The notes below the pieces were generated by a model, which searched no databases, was not told the origin of the DNA, and saw nothing but the letters and a program-made list of their open reading frames with translations. From NCBI GenBank assembly GCA_051362555.1, contig CM120641.1, positions 30,262,401 through 30,326,400 on the forward strand: 64,000 nt of DNA, read 5' to 3'. Position 1 is the first letter of the stretch. Each line of letters begins with the position of its first letter. The position numbers and the translations under genes were made by a program. The stretch comes from Lingula anatina. Lineage: Eukaryota > Animalia > Brachiopoda. Shown in pieces: positions 25,426 through 38,404 of this stretch.

Positions 25426-26846
25426 TGATGTATGTATATATTATAGATAATCACAGGAAGTTAATTATAACCCTGTGTCTGCCTGCAAGCGCCTCTGTAA
25501 ACCGTGCCAGTGAACTGACTCTTGCAACTTTAACACGTGTAGCCTCATAACTATTTTCGAATACTTTTTTGTACATCATAAGTAAGCAGTATTTAAAGTA
25601 AGGTAAGCTATATTATTCAAAATTATATTCTACATAAATTTGATGTGCTTCCCATCATCCTCTTCCTCATGAATAATAAATAGATGAGCAGACCAAAGAG
25701 TAAACAAGTGTTTTAGACAATGTGTTAAAAAATGTCCTTTCCGATACAAAGCATCCAAATTGCCTATATTTCTATTTATACTGATATAATCTCTTCAATT
25801 AATTGTTAATTTAACTTTGAAATACATGAACTTTGGGAAAATATGCAATGGAAGTTCTAGTAGATCCAAAGAAAAGATCCTGACTCGCAAAAATGAATTT
25901 TTTTGTTGAGGATATATATAGAAATTTAAAAAGATGCCATTGAAGAAATGTTTTTCTATTATTTTCATGTCATATGCATGATGCTCTAACAGTAATTTGC
26001 TCATGTAAAGTGAAACATACAGCATTAAAGACAGAATTGTCTCTATTTATAACATTGGCAATGTAAAGGTACTTTGTTTCGGAATGGACAATTTTTAACA
26101 AGCATCTCAAAAAAGACCACAGTTAAATGGGTTTCTGTGCACTGGGGTTTTCTTATATAAATATATATATCACATGTCCTGGGCTTTAGAGAAATATATA
26201 TTGTTACTGGCTAGGTGTCAACATGTTCTTTTTATGTAAGAGAAACCCAATGTTTCGGAATGGACAAATTTAACGGAAAAACACGGTAGGGTTATTTTGC
26301 ACTCCATGTCAAGCTCCAGAATCATCGCGCAGATTTCATTATTTGATACAAACAATACCAATACATCCAAATAATGATTAGGATGGTAAATTATACTGTA
26401 TGTTTTATGATATATTTTCTGAAAGTCATTTATTTTTGTTTCGGAATGGACATTTCGTTTAACGGAAATACCAGCATGCCATTAAAAGGCTTTTTTTACT
26501 AGGATACACCTCTCTCCTGTTAATATTTAAACTTTTTTGCTTCCACCATACTACTGAGTGTTTTATAATCCAAAAAATACAATGTCAAACACTGTTTTAA
26601 TTTATTTCAGATTGCTTTTTATTTCATATGACTAAAACGGGGAAAAAATTTTGGTCATTTTTCGGGCTTTGCTTTAGCATATCTTTGGACTCGGTGGTGA
26701 TATTTGGTTTCTATTTTCAGTGTTTATCTTCACTTACACCATTCTCTAACATAGTGATAAAAGAATTCTTTGATCGTATGTATGTAATTTGTTAATTAAC
26801 AATATGTGGGAAAATCTGAAAAGTGCCCAGGATTGTAAAAATGCCC
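24046..26846. mobile_element. Non-autonomous TIR element, Sola2-like (GGG..CCC, TSD ATAT)
   Basis: Perfect TIR gggcatttttacaatcctgggc / gcccaggattgtaaaaatgccc. A TA TSD with TATGGG termini is an alternative reading, so the superfamily is tentative. Confidence 0.75.
25361..25423. repeat. (TA)n microsatellite
   Basis: Directly visible. Confidence 0.95.
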
Positions 26847-28310
26847 ATATAACATTGTACTTATTACAAAGTTACAGAGTAAGTTCTAATTTAGAGTAAA
26901 CTGACACTTGCTTAGGTTGCACTTTGATCATAACAATTATAGCTGTTTTCTTGCTACTGTTTCATTTTGAAATTGATTCATACTGCAAAATATAATCCCT
27001 GCATAGTCCCATCTACTTGCTGCAGTGTTAAGATAAAGGAAAATAAAACCAGTATATACCATAATTTTAATTTAAAAAGAAAAAAAACTTCTTGCCAAAG
27101 AAATAAGTATATTTCATTATTTAAGTTCCTCATAGAATACAAATGTTTAGTCTTGTTACAATAATAATTAATATAAAATGATTATTTATTTCATCATAAA
27201 TAATAACAGTAATAATAACTGAAAGTTTAAATGCATATCATTTTTTTTCTGTATTTTCTCCTTTATGATGCACTCACACATACATTCACCCACAAACAAG
27301 ATTATGTCTCTTTCCATCATATATTGCTCATAAGGAATTATTTTGGGTTTTGTTTTGGATAAAGAAGTATTTTGTATTTCTTATCACAATTGTTATGGCT
27401 GAAACAAAAATTGCATGCACTGTACAGTGAATTTCCTTCTATTTTCAGGAAACTGGTTTGTTTAATTTGAGTAAACAAATAGAAACATCTTATAATTCGC
27501 AATGAAATATATTTTAACCGTGGCTTGTACTTTTTAGTCACAAAACAGATTTTCTTTTCTTTTTTTCTTAAGTCAGTTTTAGGGATAATCATTGCCTTTC
27601 ACCTTTTATTTCAATTTTTTGTGAGTTATCATGGATGTTTGTGTAACTTTCTATGATTAAAGTATGCAATGTCAAGGTTCATACATGAACACTAATAACA
27701 AATTCAAGGATTTAATAAGAATTTTGAGACTAATTCAGTTGCTTTTCAATGACTCTTTTAATGCAAATGAGGGCAATGTAAAGTCACTCATAAGTTTCTA
27801 TAACAAAGAAAAGAGGAAGTAATATATCATTTAAATTAAATTTTATACACACTGGTGATGAAACATTAAAAAAAATAGAAATTAAATAATGTCCAAAAAG
27901 GAATATCTCCCCTTCCTGTGAATAACTACCTTCATGCATCCAGGTTTAAAACTAAATTCAAGCACATTTCAAGGTTCAAAATGATTGAATACACCTAAAA
28001 TGAAATAATTTTGGATGTACCCAGCAACAGATTCATATTTCATGAATGTTTACTGTGTCACCCACACATTTTATGCACACACACTACATATGAATCTTTG
28101 TCAAGGTTTTGTAAGTCTCAGCTGCAGTGAAATAAAACAAGAACACAGGCACTTGTAAAGAATTTACATCTCATATGACAACTGTTGGTGAAAAAATCCA
28201 GAAGGAAAGAATATTTTTTTTAGTTTTCAGTGAGTGTAAATAAGTAGATATGATATGAAACAAAAAATACCTGAAATTATTGAAAATGTGACTGAGTAAT
28301 CAGTGACCAA

Positions 28311-28363
<53 letters not shown>

Positions 28364-28925
28364 TTTTATTTATTTATTTACAAAATCCTTTATTTTCATT
28401 TTTTTACTGCTTATGCTAGCCAACCTGTAGGTACATGTTCATTTGTACCAGTACAATGTGCATTTCATACTGACATGAAAAAAAAATACTCACTCTTTAT
28501 GGTAACAACAAAGATGTACTGGAAAAATATTTTCACTTTTATACCAACACCCATTAATTAATCACAATTATAAGTTTTATTAAAAAATAACATGTTCATA
28601 TTAAATTGAATGTCATTTTTGAAATATTGGGCCAACTTATTTGTGTTAATTAATTTGTGTTATTATTTGTGGCTTACCATGAAAATAACATTTACTAACT
28701 CTTCATCATAAAAAAATCACAGCAAACGTGAATAGAAAAACAAATATACTCACTCATATTTAATAACAAAGTTTATATATTAAAATAAAAATTACACTTT
28801 TATATCTAACTGAATGGCATATATAGAGAGGAATTGTGTGAACTTATTTGTATGGCTTTGGTATCCTAAGACAGCATGAAATCCAAGCAAGTATCAAATT
28901 TGAACAATGTGGTGAGTGTTTATTA

Positions 28926-31612
28926 TAGTCCGGTTGCTTAGGGCAAAAAAATGGCCAAATCGTGACATGGCGGATAAAAGCACCAAATTTTGCATGTGGG
29001 TACCTTTTGACATACTAAATCAAATTAGAGCCGTAGCCCACGGAAAAAATTTACCATTTGGCCTAAAATCCAAAATGGCCGCCAATTTGTGAAATTCTGT
29101 AGAAATATATACATACCTATGTTGATTTTTATCAAATTAAGTATTTTCTCAATGTTTTCCACATCCTTATTACCCATATTATGCATATGTGTCAGGTAAC
29201 AAAGTAGTGTCCTTGGACTTTTTGAAAAAATCCAAGATGGCCGCCATATGGCATAGGAATACTAGATCTTGTACACAGGTTTTCAACTAACTAATGCCAA
29301 CTAGGAAGATGCATTGCCCACTATCTAATTGTTTCTTATTACACAAATAATATATTTGTGGTGAGTAATTAACCTTTATTCTCAGGCATTTCGAGGAAAA
29401 TCCAAGATGGCCGCCATATCAAAGGAATACTAGTAAAAACATAGGGCTTCTTCTGCCATGGAGATATAATATTAATTGATAAATTAGGTTTGTTTTTGAG
29501 TATTTTCCACATCTTTTTAATTCACGTAATATATATATGATGAGAATGTTATGTGTATCCTTTTTGAAAAGAAAACAAAACAAAATGGCTGCCATTAGCC
29601 ATAGAAGGTGGGGTTCAGTTAATACCTGTGGCAGATAGGCTTACATATAAAATGAAGCTGAATTCAATTGTTATTCTGTTTTTTCAGTATTATTTTCCCA
29701 TGATACATATCTGTTAGGTAATTAATGTCCATATTTTATCATTTTGGGGAAATCCAAGATGGCCTTTTCCCCATAGGAAAACTGGTGCATTAGATTTTAT
29801 AGGCACTTCTAAGGCAAATGAGGGTAATCATGATATTTTGTCAAAATACTTAAGGGTATACACATGTTACCCACCAGATAGATATCTCAAAGTCCAAAAA
29901 GAATGTGGGAAATACCAAGAAACAAAATTAATTTTACATTGAACCCAATGTCTCTCTGGCAGTAGTTGACTGTACTATTCCTATTGTGAATTGCAGCAAT
30001 CTTTTGTTTTTTTCTCAAATGCGCAAGATGCACACTTGCTACACACCAGATTTATATAGAGTAAGGTTAATAAGGATGTCAACATGTTTGAACATCAAAC
30101 GCCTTTATTTCATGTTGGAATCAATGCCTGAACTGTTCCATTAATTGACACCTATTTGCATTTGAATGATATATTCCTATAACAACTGGCAGCTATCTTG
30201 GGTTTTCTCCGAATAATACTCAAGGATACATACACTTTCTACACACACGGAGTCTTTCATAAGGATAAATAGGATATGAAAAACATTTAAAAATTATCTT
30301 AAGTTAACTGCATTTAAATTGTACTCATTGTATCTCTGGCATTATTTGATTATGTGTTCGAATATTCTAATGACAAAAGGCAGACATCTTGAATTTTTTC
30401 CAGAATACCCAAAGATACACACATGCTACAGACCAGGTAAACATCATAGGAGTAATAATAAATGGAATGAAAAACATAAATTATTTTTAAAACAAACCCA
30501 TGGTAATGTAATTGTATAATAAACCATATGCCTCTCTAGCAGCATTTGAAACCCACCCATTTGTATTCCTATGTCAAATTGTAGCTATCTTGGATTTTCT
30601 CAGAATATCCAAGGATGTACACTATTTACCCACCAGATATATATCATAAGACTAATAAAGATGGGCAAAACATGATAAGCAAACACAATTTCACCCTGGT
30701 AGTAGATGAAAAGCCATGGATGTGGAGTTGTAATTCCAGTGTTCCTATGTTCCTATGGCCAATGACGTCCATCTTGGATTTTCTCAAAATGATCAAATAT
30801 GCACATTTATTACCTGCTAGATATATATCACAATGTAATAATTATCTGTAAAACACTAAAAAAATAAATAAACTGAATTTGATAGTGAATTAGCTGGCAT
30901 TAGTTCCAACCCTTTGTAACACTAGAAGTATTCCTATGACAAATGTCAATGTCATTCCTATCCCAAATGCCCAGGAATACATGTTAGTTACTCACCACAT
31001 ACATATTGTGTGGGTGGAAAGGATGTGGAAAACACCCAGAAACAAACTTAATTTGATAGTGGAAAATTAATCTTTACAGTTGCCATTAGTTGAATCCCCC
31101 GTATACTAGAATTCCAGTGGCACATAGCAGCCATCTTGGATTTCCCGAAATGCCCAAGAACACTTTGTAGTTACTCACCACAAACATATTATGTGGGTAA
31201 CAAAAATCTGAGAAGCAGACTTAATTTGATAGTGGACAACGTATCTGTCTAGCTGGTATTAGTTGTGCACTAGTATTCCTATGGCTGTTTCGATGGCATA
31301 TGACAGCCATCTTGGATTTTTTCAAAAAGTCCAAGGGAACTAGTTTGCTATCTGACATATATGAATAAAATGGGTAATAAGGGTGTGGAAAACTCTGAGT
31401 AAATAATTTATTTGATAAAAATCAACATAGATATGTACACATTTCTATAGAATTCCATAAATTGGCGGCCATTTTGGATTTTTTGGCCAAACGGTAATTT
31501 TTTTCCGTGGGCTACGGCTCTAATTTGATTTAGTATGTCAAAAGGTACCCACATGCAAAATTTAGTGCTTTTATCCGCCGTGTCACGATTTTTTCCTTAA
31601 GCCACCGGACTA
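28926..31612. mobile_element. Non-autonomous Academ-like element with long TIRs, TSD TTA
   Basis: tagtccgg...ccggacta termini, TTA on both sides, more than 300 bp of terminal inverted homology, repeated aaatccaagatggc motifs mirrored between halves. Confidence 0.85.
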
Positions 31613-32306
31613 TTATAAGCTACTTACTGTAGGATATATTCACACACGTTTTCATTGTAAATTTAATGAAATAAAGCGCTTTTTGCTAGCGGCAAACTTG
31701 GGGAATCCCAGCTGGGGGAATCCCACAAGAGGAGCCAAGTCCGATTTCTGAGCTCGCATGTCGGAGGAAGCACATTCAAAACGAGTGAATTTTCCGACGA
31801 AAACTTGTAAGAAAATGTTAATAACGTCTTTCTGAATGATTCTCAATACATTTCAAGAGACTTTTATGTCTAGATAAGCGTTTTATCGCCGCAAAGCACG
31901 GCAGTGAAATACGTCTATGCGGGTTATTCATGGACCAAACGTCACTTCCGGAAAGTTACGTGAAAAGTTACAAGAGTTTGTAAGTCCGAGACTTACAAGA
32001 GTTTTGAGAATACCGTGTAAGTCTAAGATACAAATTCACGTAAATAGTTACAAATTGTTGTAAGTTACAAAGTTTTGAGAATACGGCCCCTGATAAATAT
32101 TCATAATACACAGGTCGAGTTTGAAAATCAGCATGATCAGGCCACTTTTATGGAAGTTAAGCTGTTTTTCACTTTTTTTCAGCATATATGCAACACTGAT
32201 AACACAATATAAGAAAAACAGATAGGTCAATTGTCATTATACTCACAGGAGTGGCCAATCTTACTAAAACGCAGGTTGAGTTGGAAAATCAGCATAATAG
32301 GTCCAT

Positions 32307-35300
32307 TATTGTACCACCAGCGTTAGCGCTGGCGGTACACATGGTTTCGGTCCCGTCCGGATCGCTCCGCCGGCTCCGCTGGCTCCGCCGGACGGCTACA
32401 GTTACCACTTCTCCTCCTAGACGGTAAGGGCCCCCGTACCCATCTCATGGATTTAGGTCACCTATAATCTCAACTCGTTCCACGTAAAATTTGGGCTTTG
32501 TCGGTATTGGGGTCTGGGTGTGGCACTCATTACAATGCACCCTTGTCTAAAAATGGCAAAATTAAATGCTAATTATCTACCCTACGGAAGGAGTTATGGG
32601 AAAAAATTTCTATAGACGGCTTTCCAAAAGTCATATGTGTAGATTTCAAATATACCCTTGGATTTGACCTTTGACCTTTACTTCAAGGTCAAATGGGCCA
32701 AAATTTTCAAAAAAATGAAATTTTTTAGGAAAAAATTTTTTTTTGCCCTGTTATTCAGACACTACACAGACTTAACCAATATTATTATTGGAAAGTGTTA
32801 CCCTTCAGGTCATCTTTCATCTCCATGAATTTGGGGTCAATCCGTGCATTTTCACGGGAGTAGCGGCCATAAGATACCGAAACTGAAAACTGTCTCTAAT
32901 TCGGGAACCGTTAATGCTAGAGACCCATTCTTTTTTGCATTTTGTAGAGCATGTAAAGCCCAACACTGGAGGTGGTCTCGTTTTTTTGTATTCCATACGG
33001 TTTTCGAGTTACGCTGTATCAAAAAGTACATATTGGTGGTAAAAGCAAAATGTGCAGTACGGTAATGGATAATAAATTTTGAACTCTGGAAAAATAAAAC
33101 AAGGCTTGGCAAAGCAGACAACTTGTGTTCAAAAATGACATTATTTCATCAAATTTTAACTTCTGAAACTTCAGAGCACCTCCTATTTCAAGAATTTTGA
33201 CCAAAATGACATTTTCTTTATTTTAATTAATTTTTTCTGTACGAAATTTAAGGCACATTATGGTAACTCCAAAATTATAACATTTAGTCCCTTATATCTC
33301 CATAACTGGCAGAGATAGGTCCATAGTTACTATTGAAGTTGAATAGGAAGACATATACTGGCAATCTTACTGTGACCTTGAAATTGACCTTTGACCTACT
33401 TTTCACCATGAACTGAACTTTGCAAATTTTGCTTCCCTTTTATCTCCAAAACTGGCAGAGATAGGTCCATAGTTACTATTGAACTTGAATAGGAAGTCAT
33501 ATACAGGCAATCAAAATGTGATCTTAAAATTGACCTTTGACCTACTTTTCACCATGACCTGAACTTTGCAAATTTTGCTTCCCTTTTATCTCCAAAACTG
33601 GCTGAGATAGGTCCATAGTTAGTATTGAACTTGAATAGAAAGTCATATACTGGCAATCTAAATGTGACCTTGAAATTGACCTTTGACCTACTTTTCACCA
33701 TGAATTGAACTTTGCAAATTTTGCTTTCCTTTTATCTCCAAAACTGGCGGAGATAGGTCCGTAGTTACTATTGAACTTGAATAGGAAGTCATATACTGGC
33801 AATCTATATGTGACCTTAAAATTGACCTTTGACCTACTTTTCACCATGAATTGAATTTTGCAAATTTTGCTTTCCTTTTATCTCCAAAACTGGCAGAGAT
33901 AGGTCCGTAGTTACTATTGAACTTGAATAGGAAGTCATTTACTGGCAATCTATATGTGACCTTAAAATTGACCTTTGACCTACTTTTCACCATGAACTGA
34001 ACTTTGCAAATTTTTCTTCCCTTTTATCTCCAAAACTGGCAGAGATAGGTCCATAGTTACTATTGAACTTGAATAGGAAGTCATATACTGGCAATCTAAA
34101 TGTGACCTTAAAATTGACCTTTGACCAACTTTACACCATGAACTGAATTTTGCAAATTTTGCTTTTCTTTTATCTCCAAAACTGGCAAATAGGTCCGTAG
34201 TTACTATTGAACTTGAATAGAAAGTCATATACTGGCAATCTAAATGTGATCTTGAAATTGACCTTTGACCTACTTTTCACCATGAATTGAACTTTGCAAA
34301 TTTTGCTTCCCTTTTATCTCCAAAACTGGCTGAGATAGGTCCATAGTTAGTATTGAACTTGAATAGAAAGTCATATACTGGCAATCTAAATGTGACCTTG
34401 AAATTGACCTTTGACCTACTTTTCACCATGAATTGAACTTTGCAAATTTTGCTTTCCTTTTATCTCCAAAACTGGCGGAGATAGGTCCGTAGTTACTATT
34501 GAACTTGAATAGGAAGTCATATACTGGCAATCTATATGTGACCTTAAAATTGACCTTTGACCTACTTTTCACCATGAATTGAATTTTGCAAATTTTGCTT
34601 TCCTTTTATCTCCAAAACTGGCAGAGATAGGTCCGTAGTTACTATTGAACTTGAATAGGAAGTCATTTACTGGCAATCTATATGTGACCTTAAAATTGAC
34701 CTTTGACCTACTTTTCACCATGAACTGAACTTTGCAAATTTTTCTTCCCTTTTATCTCCAAAACTGGCAGAGATAGGTCCATAGTTACTATTGAACTTGA
34801 ATAGGAAGTCATATACTGGCAATCTAAATGTGACCTTAAAATTGACCTTTGACCAACTTTACACCATGAACTGAATTTTGCAAATTTTGCTTTTCTTTTA
34901 TCTCCAAAACTGGCAAATAGGTCCGTAGTTACTATTGAACTTGAATAGAAAGTCATATACTGGCAATCTAAATGTGATCTTGAAATTGACCTTTGACCTA
35001 CTTTTCACCATGAATTGAACTTTGCAAATTTTGCTTTCCTTTTATCTCCAAAACTGGCAGAGATAGGTCCGTAGTTACTATTGAACTTGAATAGGAAGTC
35101 ATATACTGGCAATCTATATGTGACCTTAAAATTGACCTTTGACCTACTTTTCACCATGAATTGAACTTTGCAAATTTTGCTTTCCTTTTATCTCCAAAAC
35201 TGGCAAAGATAGGTCCGTAGTTACTATTGAACTTGAATAGGAAGTCATATACTGGCAATCTAAATGTGACCTTGAAATTGACCTTTGACCTACTTTTCAC

Positions 35301-38300
35301 CATGAACTGAACTTTGCAAATTTTTCTTCCCTTTTATCTCCAAAACTGGCAGAGATAGGTCCATAGTTACTATTGAACTTGAATAGGAAGTCATATACTG
35401 GCAATCTAAATGTGACCTTAAAATTGACCTTTGACCTACTTTACACCATGAACTGAATTTTGCAAATTTTGCTTTTCTTTTATCTCCAAAACTGGCGGGG
35501 ATAGGTCCGTAGTTACTATTGAACTTGAATAGAAAGTCATATACTGGCAATCTAAATGTGATCTTGAAATTGACCTTTGACCTACTTTTCACCATGAATT
35601 GAACTTTGCAAATTTTGCTTTCCTTTTATCTCCAAAACTGGCAGAGATAGGTCCGTAGTTACTATTGAACTTGAATAGGAAGTCATTTACTGGCAATCTA
35701 TATGTGACCTTAAAATTGACCTTTGACCTACTTTTCACCATGAACTGAACTTTGCAAATTTTTCTTCCCTTTTATCTCCAAAACTGGCAGAGGTAGGTCC
35801 GTAGTTACTATTGAACTTGAATAGGAAGTCATTTACTGGCAATCTTACTGTGACCTTAAAATTGACCTTTGACCTACTTTTCACCATGAACTGAACTTTG
35901 CAAATTTTTCTTCCCTTTTATCTCCAAAACTGGCAGAGATAGGTCCATAGTTACTATTGAACTTGAATAGGAAGTCATATACTGGCAATCTAAATGTGAC
36001 CTTAAAATTGACCTTTGACCTACTTTACACCATGAACTGAATTTTGCAAATTTTGCTTTTCTTTTATCTCCAAAACTGGCGGGGATAGGTCCGTAGTTAC
36101 TATTGAACTTGAATAGGAAGTCATATACTGGCAATCTAAATGTGACCTTAAAATTGACCTTTGACCTACTTTACACCATGAACTGAATTTTGCAAATTTT
36201 GCTTTTCTTTTATCTCCAAAACTGGCGGGGATAGGTCCGTAGTTACTATTGAACTTGAATAGAAAGTCATATACTGGCAATCTAAATGTGATCTTGAAAT
36301 TGACCTTTGACCTACTTTTCACCATGAATTGAACTTTGCAAATTTTGCTTTCCTTTTATCTCCAAAACTGGCAGAGATAGGTCCGTAGTTACTATTGAAC
36401 TTGAATAGGAAGTCATTTACTGGCAATCTATATGTGACCTTAAAATTGACCTTTGACCTACTTTTCACCATGAACTGAACTTTGCAAATTTTTCTTCCCT
36501 TTTATCTCCAAAACTGGCAGAGGTAGGTCCGTAGTTACTATTGAACTTGAATAGGAAGTCATTTACTGGCAATCTTACTGTGACCTTAAAATTGACCTTT
36601 GACCTACTTTTCACCATGAACTGAACTTTGCAAATTTTTCTTCCCTTTTATCTCCAAAACTGGCAGAGATAGGTCCATAGTTACTATTGAACTTGAATAG
36701 GAAGTCATATACTGGCAATCTAAATGTGACCTTAAAATTGACCTTTGACCTACTTTACACCATGAACTGAATTTTGCAAATTTTGCTTTTCTTTTATCTC
36801 CAAAACTGGCGGAGATAGGTCCGTAGTTACTATTGAACTTGAAAAGAAAGTCATATACTGGCAATCTAAATGTGATCTTGAAATTGACCTTTGACCTACT
36901 TTTCACCATGAATTGAACTTTGCAAATTTTGCTTTCCTTTTATCTCCAAAACTGGCAGAGATAGGTCCATAGTTACTATTGAACTTGAATAGGAAGTCAT
37001 ATACTGGCAATCTATATGTGACCTTAAAATTGACCTTTGACCTACTTTTCACCATGAATTGAACTTTGCAAATTTTGCTTTCCTTTTATCTCCAAAACTG
37101 GCAGAGATAGGTCCGTAGTTACTATTGAACTTGAATAGGAAATCTTACTGTGACCTTGAAATTGACCTTTGACCTACTTTTCACCATGAACTGAACTTTG
37201 CAAATTTTTCTTCCCTTTTATCTCCAAAACTGGCAGAGATAGGTCCATAGTTACTATTGAACTTGAATAGGAAGTCATATACTGGCAATCTAAATGTGAC
37301 CTTAAAATTGACCTTTGACCTACTTTACACCATGAACTGAATTTTGCAAATTTTGCTTTTCTTTTATCTCCAAAACTGGCGGAGATAGGTCCGTAGTTAC
37401 TATTGAACTTGAATAGAAAGTCATATACTGGCAATCTTAATGTGATCTTGAAATTGACCTTTGACCTACTTTTCACCATGAATTGAACTTTGCAAATTTT
37501 GCTTTCCTTTTATCTCCAAAACTGGCAGAGATAGGTCCGTAGTTACTATTGAACTTGAATAGGAAGTCATATACTGGCAATCTATATGTGACCTTAAAAT
37601 TGACCTTTGACCTACTTTTCACCATGAATTGAACTTTGCAAATTTTGCTTTCCTTTTATCTCCAAAACTGGCAGAGATAGGTCCGTAGTTACTATTGAAC
37701 TTGAATAGGAAGTCATATACTGGCAATCTATTTGTGACCTTAAAATTGACCATTGACCTACTTTTCACCATGAACTGAACTTTGCAAATTTTTCTTCCCT
37801 TTTATCTCCAAAACTGGCAGAGATAGGTCCATAGTTACTATTGAACTTGAATAGGAAGTCATAGACTGGCAATCTAAATGTGACCTTAATATTGACCTTT
37901 GACCTACTTTACACCATGAACTGAATTTTGCAAATTTTACTTTTCTTTTATCTCCAAAACTGGCAGAGATAGGTCCATAGTTACTATTGAACTTGAATAG
38001 GAAGTCATATACTGGCAATCTAAATGTGACCTTAAAATTGACCTTTGACCTACTTTTCACCATGAACTGAACTTTGCAAATTTTGCTTCCCTTTTATCTC
38101 CAAAACTGGCAGAGATAGGTCCATAGTTACTCTTGAACTTGAATAGGAAGTCATATACTGGCAATTTACTGTGACCTTGAAATTGACCCTTGACCTATCT
38201 TACGAAGAACTTAAATTTGATTGTACCATATATATTTTTTGCAAAAGTTTAAAAATTCTTGTTGATTGCATTTTTACAGCTTGTCAAGCACAAAACTGGT

Positions 38301-38404
38301 GGCTGTGTCCCTTATTTTGTGTATGTGGGGGTCTATATGAATGCGCTTGCTCCAGCTGGTGGTACAATATTCGGAGGCGGTATTGCCTCTCTGATCCTCT
38401 AGTT
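32307..38404 (+). mobile_element. HINE-like element B carrying a satellite array
   Basis: 5' ttgtaccaccagcgttagcgctggcggtac hairpin plus ctccg repeats; 3' subterminal IR gctggtggtacaa (38355), palindrome gaggcggtattgcctc, terminal ctagt; inserted in the T-run of host ccattatt|ttagaagtt. Confidence 0.85.
33290..38200. repeat. 146-bp satellite, about 33 copies
   Basis: Unit ccttttatctccaaaactggcagagataggtccatagttactattgaacttgaataggaagtc...tgacctttgacctacttttcaccatg...; period 33304 to 33450. Confidence 0.97.

Larger units (their letters stand above)
22707..32089. mobile_element. Non-autonomous PIF/Harbinger-like element, TSD CTG
   Basis: TIR gggccgtattctc(g/a)aaa..ttgtaacttacaa at both ends, CTG duplicated; removal restores the host repeat acagaactgat(g/a)aatatt. 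Confidence 0.85.

Noticed and set aside
33980-38063. Repeated 82-101 aa minus-strand ORFs
   Set aside because: They are translations of the 146-bp satellite; the period is not a multiple of 3.
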